Source of the DNA: Tubiluchus corallicola
Taxonomy: Eukaryota; Animalia; Priapulida
DNA: 64,000 nt
NCBI GenBank assembly: GCA_030141605.1
Contig: JAQGDQ010002383.1
Location: 1 to 64,000, forward strand
Direction: 5' to 3'
Shown: one piece after another, positions 54,969 to 64,000 of the stretch
Position numbering within the stretch: the stretch's first letter is position 1
Layout of the letters: each line of letters starts with the position of its first letter
Translations under genes and position numbers: made by a program
Notes under the pieces: model-generated
The model's input: only the letters and a program-made list of their open reading frames with translations
Told to the model about the DNA's origin: nothing
The model's database searches: none

Positions 54969-56007
54969 AGAAACGTCCTCCAAATGATAGCGGTCATGGC
55001 GTAAAAACTGGGTGCCAATTTCAGGAAAATGCACTAGTTTCTGGGCGGAAAATTACCATCGTTAGCGTATATACAGGATATTAAGCCCTACATTTATAGA
55101 CAATAACGCTGTGTTAATGTTTAAAGGTTTCCAGCAAGAAACACGGGTTAGTTGTTCGTTTTTTTCTATTTTTATGTGTTAGGCAAACGTGGACACCAAA
55201 ACTTTAGTATAAATTATCGAAACTTCAGTATAATGACGAATTGGTTTATGACAATTTATAAGTGACTCCTCAATTAGACATATTACGTACGTTGTGTTTC
55301 AGGAAATGATAATTCGTTGTATTTTCTAAAAAATAATCATATGTATCTGTAAACTTAATAAAGATTTAAATTGTTTATTACAGAAAAATATCCGTTTCAT
55401 AGACAGATCATTGTATAACAAGTTTCAATAAATTTTTATTAGAAAAATGCAGTGTTTCTACTACATCATTTCCGGCCACCCGTCTTACTTGAATACACAG
55501 TTACTTTGCAAACCTTTCAATTATTATGTCTTTTTTCGCTATATTACATCAACCCATATACATTTGTACCTCTAATGATATCGAAAAAGCAAAATATTTA
55601 ATGACGACTACGTGTTTTAACAAGCTCGGTTATACGTGTTAGCAACTTGTGCAACTTAGCAACAACGAACATGATAGCAACTTTTTGACATTTGTTTTAA
55701 ACTTACGAATTCTAATTAATATTACTCTAATTAATAGCAGTTGTGAATTGAGTTCGATTCCTCCAATGTTCACTGTTTAAATAAGTACTTGACTGTGGTT
55801 ACGTTGTGCTGATGCTTTGCTGCTGTTATTCACTATGAGATTTTGCAGTATTATTTGTTCACTTAACATGCTTCATTCAATAGGACTTTCTGGACAACCC
55901 AATGCCCATTCTTAAAAGTTACGTCTCTTTGCGGTGTAGAAGGTATTGGGTTCGACTCTTCAGTCCCTTATAAGCATCTCGTTGACAAAACTAATGTCTA
56001 ATGTGTC

Positions 56008-56130
56008 TAGACATAGACATAGACATAGACATAGACATAGACATAGACATAGACATAGACATAGACATAGACATAGACATAGACATAGACATAGACATAG
56101 ACATAGACATAGACATAGACATAGACATAG
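56008..56130. repeat. (AGACAT)n hexanucleotide microsatellite
   Basis: Direct reading. Confidence 0.95.
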
Positions 56131-57088
56131 AACATTTATTTTCTCCAATTAGTTTAACATCAAACGTTTTTTAAATATTAAGTAATTATAATCATGGAGC
56201 AGGGCAGGGAAGGACCGTAGGGTCTTCTAGTCTCCTGCCATTTCTTATAAATAGATTAAGACATTAAAAATTAACGGTGATGCTGCAGATAACAAAAACA
56301 AAAACAAATAAGAAAAAAATAATAATAAAAACAGTATAAATGATACAAATTATTCAAAAAGAACTGAAAACAAAAAATAATAAAGTTAGATCTAAACAAA
56401 ACAATACAATTATTCAGTAATTAGGATTATTATATGTAGTAGTTTCAAATGGGGTCTTATTAACAGGGGAATTTGGCCAAGGTTAGTGAGTAAAGTTAAA
56501 AACTGAGAGTACGGAAAGAAAAAAATAAGCATAAAAAGTGTAATATAGAAAAATTTATGAGAAAAAGTAACTATGAGAAAGAGCAACAATTACTTAGGAG
56601 ATGAGTTTACTCTAGGTAAACTAATGTGTGGAATTATAGTACTAGTTACAAATTAGTCAGTGCGTGCCCTTGAGATGTATGCAACTAAGCAGAGTAGGAC
56701 TAAACCCAATAATTATTTGTAAACCTGTAAATTGGTGAGCAAGCTTCGCAGTAAACCGTTTGCCGTAAAAATAGATGCGCATATTATGAACAATACCAAG
56801 TTTTAAATACGAATACAGAATTTGGAGATTCTAATGTGAATTAAACGAAAAATTCAAATTTTCAAAAAATATCTTTTATCCATTAAGTTAAATCATTACT
56901 GACTTTAAAAAACTGTTCGATACCTTTCTGACACTTTAAATCGTTTTCTCTTGATTGGAAGTTGAAGTGGTGAGAGCGAGTATCTGTGCACTATCCTGAT
57001 TTTTTTGTATTTTTAATTTCAATGCCAAAAATGTTTGCTTGTTCATGTACATCATATCTATGTTAACTCGTCTTAAGAAACTGCTAAT

Positions 57089-57207
57089 GTCTACGGCCAT
57101 ATCACATTGAATACACCGGTTCTCGTCTGATCACCGAAGTTAAGCAATGTAGAGCGTGGTTAGTACTTGGATGGGGGACCGCCTAGGAATACCACGTGCT
57201 GTAGACT
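57089..57207 (+). rRNA. 5S rRNA copy 1
   Basis: GTCTACGGCCATATCAC...GAAGTTAAGC (box A)...TGGATGGG.GACCGCC (box C)...GCTGTAGAC, followed by a T-run Pol III terminator. Confidence 0.92.
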
Positions 57208-57911
57208 TTTTAGCTAGTGACTATTAACTATCAAAGTGTGTGCACAACACGACCGTTTCATTTTGACAGTATTGTTTTTGATTTTTGGAAGTTGAAGTGG
57301 TGAAAATAAATGTCTGTCTCGACATTATGTTGATTTTTTTTGCATTTTAATGTGAAAGACTATCTACTTGTTGCATTTCTCCAATATTATACAAAGTAAG
57401 GAAAAATGAAAATAAAACTAGAAAATCAGCCACTGTCCTTCAAAAATGATTTTTGATTTTCATAAAAAATCAAAACAGATACTTTGTTACTACGTTCACC
57501 TTCATCTATCTATTATTTCTATATTATCTGTCTATAACAAAATGCAGAAGTTAAGCAACCTCAAACCTGGTTTTGCGTTTGAATGGGTGACTGCCCGGTA
57601 CTTACATTTTTCTAAATGATCAGGAAGGGTGATGACAAATGCTGTAAGATCTTTTTCACCACTCAAAAATGGATTTTTGTTCTGACAAATATTTTTAAAT
57701 GAAGAATCTTTTTGCTTGTTCATGCTTGATCATTCCCATGTTTAATTATGTCATATCTAGAAGGTAATATACTTAAGCACGGTATTCAACCTCCCTGACA
57801 TTTTATAATTTCATGTGATATTTCTGTTTATACTTTGCATTAAAATGCTAAAAAGGTTTACTTGTTCATGTACATCATTTCTATGTTAACTCATCTTAAG
57901 AAACTGTTAAT

Positions 57912-58030
57912 GTCTACTGCCATATCACATTGAAAACACCGGTTCTCGTCTGATCACCGAAGTTAAGCAATGTAAAGCGTGGTTAGTACTTGGATGGGTG
58001 ACCGCCTAGGAATACCACGTGCTGTAGACT
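57912..58030 (+). rRNA. 5S rRNA copy 2 (variant)
   Basis: Full length with a few substitutions and a TTTTT terminator. Lies 823 bp after copy 1. Confidence 0.88.
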
Positions 58031-58806
58031 TTTTAGCTAGTGACTATTATCTATCGAAGTGTGTGCACAACACGACCGTTTCATTTTAACAGTATTGTTT
58101 TTGATTTTTGGAAGTCGAAGTGGTGGGAATAAGTGTCTGTCTCGACATTATGTTGATTTTTATTTGCTTTGCATTTTAATGTCTAAAACTATCTAGTAGT
58201 AGTAGTAGTAGTAGTAGTAAAATCTTTATTCGCCATTATAAAACATTGACCATCATATTAAAAGACAGACAATCAGTGTTAGTCCATATAAAAAACATAC
58301 ACTGTTCTAGGCAAATGCGTCTGGTGCAAGCTAAACTATAAGTGCAACTAGAAATTCAAAAAATAAAATATAAACTAGTTTAGTAAGGTCTAGGAAAAAT
58401 GAAATTATGATTTGAGTAAGTATCATCGTGTTCGTATGTCGGATAATGTCAAAAACTATCTATTTGCTACGTTTCTCGAATATTACACAATGTGAAGAAA
58501 AATGAAAATAAAACTAGAAAATCAGCCACTGCCCTTCAAAAATTATTTTTGATTTTCATAAAAAATCAAAACAGATACTTTGTTCCTACGTTCACCTTAA
58601 TCTATCTATTATTTCTATATTATCTCTTTTCAACGAAATACAGAAGTTAAGCAACCTGGAACCTGGTTTGGTTTTGTGTTTGAATGGGTGACTGCCCTTG
58701 GCTTACATTTTTTTAAATGGACGGGAAGGGTTCTGACAAAAGCTGTAAAATCTTCTTCAACACTCAAAAATGGATTTTTGTTCTGACAGATATTTTTGTA
58801 AAACTA

Positions 58807-60862
58807 TGTCACGAAGATTTTGCATATTGTGTTTTTTTGTTCCACATGTGTGCGCCATTTTTGTTCCAGTGGCAAAATTCGATTTTATGCGTGATAAACA
58901 ATTTACAGTTTTAAATAAATCTTTTTGTATTAAATAATTGGAACTTATCCGTGATTGTATTTATATTTTGGTACGGAACTGCCGGGAAAAGAGACCTTTA
59001 GATGAGTATGGCTGAGTGTGATAAAATTAAACACTCTAGAAGTAGATCCAAGGGTTGGGTGAAGACTGGCATAAAATTACTAAAAGAGGCGATGTCTAGT
59101 GAAACGCCTAACTTTGTGTTTGTTCAGCAAAAATTAGAGAACCTTGGAAAATATATTGCCACCTTTAATGAAACAGAAGTGTAGTTAGAAGATTATTTAG
59201 AAGGTGAAGAACTTGAACAAGCGATTATAGAGGCAAGTGAATTAATCAACACAGCGGAATTAATTTCTGCTCAGGCACTAAGTTTGCTAAAACCAGATTC
59301 AAGACCATGTAGTCCTAGTGATTTCCAGCGACATGCAAGTGATAATGATTTTGTCTTGCGACGAGTGAATAACTGTGATTTAGCACGTAGTGAAAGTGCA
59401 GCGAATTTACCAACTAATAATGTAGTCGGTGCAGAAGTCACCAACATAAAACTACCTAAATTGCAACTGCCAACTTTCAGTGGTGACCCATTGAAGTTTT
59501 ACGAATTTTGGGACATGTTCGTTGCCTCTGTGGATGCTAAACCTGTACCAGACGTTCATAAACTTGTTTACTTAAAGAGCTTACTTAAAGGTGAAGCTGC
59601 TCATGTGATAGATGGCCTGCAGCCTGTAGATGGCAATTATAAGGAAGCTGTTTCTTTGTTAAAGGAGAGATTTGGTGATAAAGACGCAATCGAGATGTCA
59701 TTGTTAAAAAAACTGTGGCAGTTAAAGCCCATCACCGATTCGAAAAATATTGAAGCACAAGGAAGTTTTGTAGATGAGCTTGAAGTTGTTATAAGAGGCC
59801 TCAGTGCAATGGGACTTAGTACAGAAGAATTAGGTAAAACCCTAAAACCTCTCTTTCTAGCAAAAATTCCATATGCTTGGCGTGTTGAATGGGAGTGAAT
59901 GAGAAGGCGTGAAGATGACAGCGTGAAGATGACACAACATGCTTTGAAAAATTTCGACAGTTCATGAAAAGCGAAGTTGATATTAGACGAAAGGCTGCTT
60001 CATATACTCGCCATAGAGAGTCTGGTGAATTTAGTCGTCGTGCTGGGTATAAGAATTTAGGTGTGAGGAGCACCCTAGATTCAGTTTCTCTTCTTCAGTC
60101 TAGTGATTTTTGTGGAAACACCAAAAATGCGCCTACAGCTTCAAAGAATTCCCATTGTTTATTTTGTGGCAGAGCTCAACATATGTGGCTTGATTGTGCG
60201 TCTCTTCCTACTAAGACTTTGCAAGAGCGAAAACAGAAGGTTGCTGAGCAGCACCGTTGTTTTTTGTGTCTTGGTTTAAACCACAGAGCTGATACTTGCC
60301 GTAAACCTCCATGCAACCGATGTAGTAAATGGCATCATTATTTATTGTGCAATTCAATTGCTGGCTGCTTCCAGGTGAGTCCTTATGTTAAAAGAGGTTC
60401 AAATACTTCTGATGCAAGTGTTGATGTTCCATCAGTTCATTTACAGTCTTTTTGTACGAATGTTGTGTTCTTAATGACTGCGACTGCTGTTTTGGAAGAT
60501 ACCAAATCGTCAATTCCTATTCGTGTTTTTATAAATCCTGGTGCCACTACCTCTCTTATTTTGTGTGATGTTGCAGAGCGAGCAGGTTGCGAAATTATAG
60601 GCGAGCGTAATCTTTCGTTAGCTATTATGGGTGGACTTAGCACACCGCAACAGAAATGCCACATTGTTCGTGCTAAACTTCGAACAAATACAGGAAAAAT
60701 TGTGACCTTTAATGCCACCACCCAAGATAAACTAGTGAGACCCTTTCCGGCATGTTCTGAGGGTGATTGGTTAGGAGACTTAAAGGGCATGATCCTAGGT
60801 GACCCAGAGATTCTTTGTGGCAATCCACGAGAAATTCATCTACTGGTTGGTATCCCCCAAAG
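58807..60862 (+). mobile_element. BEL/Pao LTR retrotransposon relic (short 5' LTR, gag, protease; pol deleted) in 5S spacer
   Basis: TGTCACG start, AATAAA, and a TGGT PBS-like site at ~58968. DUF1759-type IKLPKLQLPTFSGDPLKFYEFWDMF, three Cys/His knuckles (CLFC..H..C, CFLC..H..C, CNRC..HH..C), and a degenerate protease motif FINPGATTS...LLVG. In-frame stops present. Confidence 0.9.
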
Positions 60863-61195
60863 ATGATTTTTGATTTTTATAAAAAAAAATCAAAACAGTT
60901 TACCTTGTTCTTGTGTTTCGCTTAATCTATCCATTATTTCTACGTTATCTGTCTGTAACAAAATGCAGAAGTTGAGCAACCTCGAACCTGGTTTTGCGTT
61001 TGAATGGGTGACTGCCCAGGACTTGTAAATTATGTCATATTTAAAAGGCAATATACTTGAGCACGGTATTTCCACCTCCCTGATACTTTACAATTTCATG
61101 TGATATTTTTATTTATACTTTGCATTACAATACTAGAAATATTTGCTGTTCATGTACATCATTTCTATGTTAACTCGTCTTAAGAAACTGCTAAT

Positions 61196-61314
61196 GTCTA
61201 CGGCCATATCACATTGAATACACCGGTTCTCGTCTGATCACCGAAGTTAAGCAATGTAGAGCGTGGTTAGTACTTGGATGGGTGACCGCCTAGGAATACC
61301 ACGTGCTGTAGTCT
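61196..61314 (+). rRNA. 5S rRNA copy 3
   Basis: Full length with T-run terminator. Confidence 0.9.
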
Positions 61315-62153
61315 TTTTAGTGATTGACAATTATCTAGCGAAGTGTGTGCACAACACGAACACTTTAGATTGTCTTTGATTTTTGGAAGTTGAAGTGGTG
61401 GAAATAAATGTCTGTCTCGACCTTACGTTGATTTTTATTTTTTTGCATTTTAATGTGAAAAACTATCTATTTGTTACGTTTCTCGAATGTTACACAAGGT
61501 AAGGAAAAATGAAAATAAACTAGAAAATCAGCCACTGCCCTTCAAAAATGATTTTTGATTTTCATAAAAAATCAAAACAGGTACTTTGTTATGCTTGGAA
61601 ATCGTAGTAATCGTAGTATGCGTAGAAAATCAGCCACTGCCCTTCAAAACTGATTTTTGATTTTCATAAAAAATCAAAACAGGTACTTTGTTACTACGTT
61701 CACCGTAATCTATCTACTGTTTCTATATTATCTCTTTTTAACGAAATGCAGAAGTTAAGCAACCTCGAACCTGGTTTGGTTTTGCGTTTGAATGGGTGAC
61801 TGCCCGGCGACTGCTGATGCTGGTAACTTCTTAACTTGGTGCTTAGACTTTTTTAAATGGTCAGGAAGGGTGATGAAAAATGCTGTAAGATCTTCTTCAC
61901 CACTCAAAAATGGATTTTTGTTCTGACAAATATTTTTAAATGAAGAATATTTTTGCTTGTTCATGCTTGATCATTCTCATGTTTAATTATGTCATATTTA
62001 GAAGGTAATATACTTGAGCTCGGTATTTCAACCTCCCTGATACTTTATAATTTCATGTTATATTTTTATTTATACTTTGCATTACAATACTAAAAAGGTT
62101 TGCTTGTTCATGTACATCATTTCTATGTTAACTCGTCTTAAGAAACTCCTAAT

Positions 62154-62218
62154 GTCTACGGCCATATCACATTGAATACACCAGTAATCGTCTGATCACC
62201 GAAGTTAAGCAATGTAGA
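62154..62218 (+). pseudogene. 5S rRNA copy 4, 3'-truncated
   Basis: First ~65 nt only, then it runs into the satellite. Confidence 0.9.
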
Positions 62219-62989
62219 CTATTGTCTACAGTGCACTCTTGTCTACAGTGCACTCTTGTCTACTGTGCACTATTGTCTACAGTGCACCCTTGTCTACAGT
62301 GTACTCTTGTCTACAGTGCACTATTGTCTACAGTGCACTATTGTCTACAGTGCACTCTTGTCTACTGTGCACTCTTGTCTACTGTGCACTATTGTCTACA
62401 GTGCACTATTGTCTACTGTGCACTATTGTCTACAGTGCACTCTTGTCTACTGTGCACTCTTGTCTACTGTGCACTATTGTCTACTGTGCACTATTGTCTA
62501 CTGTGCACTATTGTCTACAGTGCACTCTTGTCTACTGTGCACTCTTGTCTACTGTGCACTATTGTCTACTGTGCACTATTGTCTACAGTGAACTCTTGTC
62601 TACTGTGCACTATTGTCTACAGTGCACTCTTGTCTACTGTGCACTCTTGTCTACTGTGCACTATTGTCTACTGTGCACTATTGTCTACAGTGAACTCTTG
62701 TCTACTGTGCACTATTGTCTACCGTGCACTATTGTCTACCATGCACTATTGTCTACTGTGCACTATTGTCTACTGTGCACTCTTGTCTACAGTGAACTCT
62801 TGTCTACTGTGCACTATTGTCTACAGTGCACTCTTGTCTACTGTGCACTCTTGTCTACTGTGCACTATTGTCTACTGTGCACTATTGTCTACAGTGAACT
62901 CTTGTCTACTGTGCACTATTGTCTACCGTGCACTATTGTCTACCGTGCACTATTGTCTACAGTGCACTATTGTCTACTGTGCACTATTG
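62219..62989. repeat. 17-bp minisatellite, ~45 units
   Basis: Unit TTGTCTACWGTGCACTM. Confidence 0.95.
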
Positions 62990-64000
62990 AGCTTTAAAAC
63001 CAAGACTTCGTATACTTAAAAGTAAAAGGTCATTTACTGCCATTGTCAGCAAAAACAATGGAGAAAAATCGTGGCATGGATTTTTTGCAAAAAATTACGG
63101 ATTCATGCAACCAAAGTCCACTGCAAGATGCTGCAGACTTCGACGAATTATCAGCAGCTCAGAAAATTACACAGAAAAAAGCTTAGAATCAATGCGATTA
63201 GCTGCATTAAAGACCTTCGGTTACACCAAGAGACTTAGCTAATTAACTTCAGTAATTGCTATAATGTAGTTGCTTTGTGACATATGCTGTGATTACAATC
63301 CCACATATTCGCCTGTTTTTCCATTACTTCCTTGTATAATTGTTGTCTGATAAACAGTTTCTCTGTCTGTTCTTTGTTCTCTGCTTGATTGGTTGGTTGG
63401 GTGGCATACTAGCTGTCAGACATTGGTTGATTGGTTGTTTGGTGAGTAAGTCGGTTGTTCAGACAACCGATTGGTTGGTTGACTGATTGAGAAGTAGGTG
63501 TAGTTCTGAATGTGCTTGTCGTGTTGTACACTGGATGCATGTCTCCTAGCTTGCTTACTTGGAAAGCTTTTTAGGTGCTTTGCAGAGTAGTGAGTTGATT
63601 GTGTGTTTTCTTTTATTTGACTGATTAATTTTCAAGTTTAATTTGTTTCCATGACACTTTCGCGTTAACTGTATTTTGCCGCTTGATATTGTTGGGATAT
63701 TTCTCAGATATAAGGCATTACATGTGTTCCATTAATGTAATTAGTCAATTGTGTTCGTGATTTCGCTCTTTGTCCCTTGTATAGCTGTTTTCCATGTAAC
63801 AGATTTCTGTGTATTATCTGGTCTTCAATATAAAAATCATGTACGTCTTTATGTTATTACTTTGTAAGCTTTGTACCTTTACTAAATTTAGCTGCTTATG
63901 TTTGCATTTGCATACAAACCTTAGTTCACATTTTTATAGTTATTTGTGCTATTTGTACTTTACTTTTCATTAATTTCTATTAACTGTAGAACTTATTGTT

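Overview
AT-rich, intron-containing invertebrate animal DNA. The 5S rRNA sequence looks mollusc/lophotrochozoan-like, but that taxonomy is low confidence. Host genes: three N-terminal exons of a PPEF/rdgC phosphatase (12.9-15.7 kb), 12 exons of a PLEKHG7-type DH-PH RhoGEF (21.3-35.4 kb), an 8-exon secreted GH18 chitinase with ~41 His/Tyr/Glu/Pro 14-mer repeats and a C-terminal CBM14 (41.7-51.3 kb), a convergent secreted Tyr/Gly/His-rich orphan gene (52.5-54.9 kb), and a degraded 5S rDNA array interrupted by a BEL/Pao gag-protease relic (57-62 kb). The stand-out feature is a GC-rich, intronless 4.76-kb quasi-palindrome (16057-20815) with Maverick/Polinton-type AGTAG(T/G)...ACTACT ends. Each ~2.2-kb arm carries overlapping virus-like genes, including an intact TATA-binding-protein (TBP) homologue. 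It has no target-site duplication and lies exactly where the PPEF exons stop and the PLEKHG7 exons begin, in compatible splice phase. All calls were read by eye; no database searches were run.
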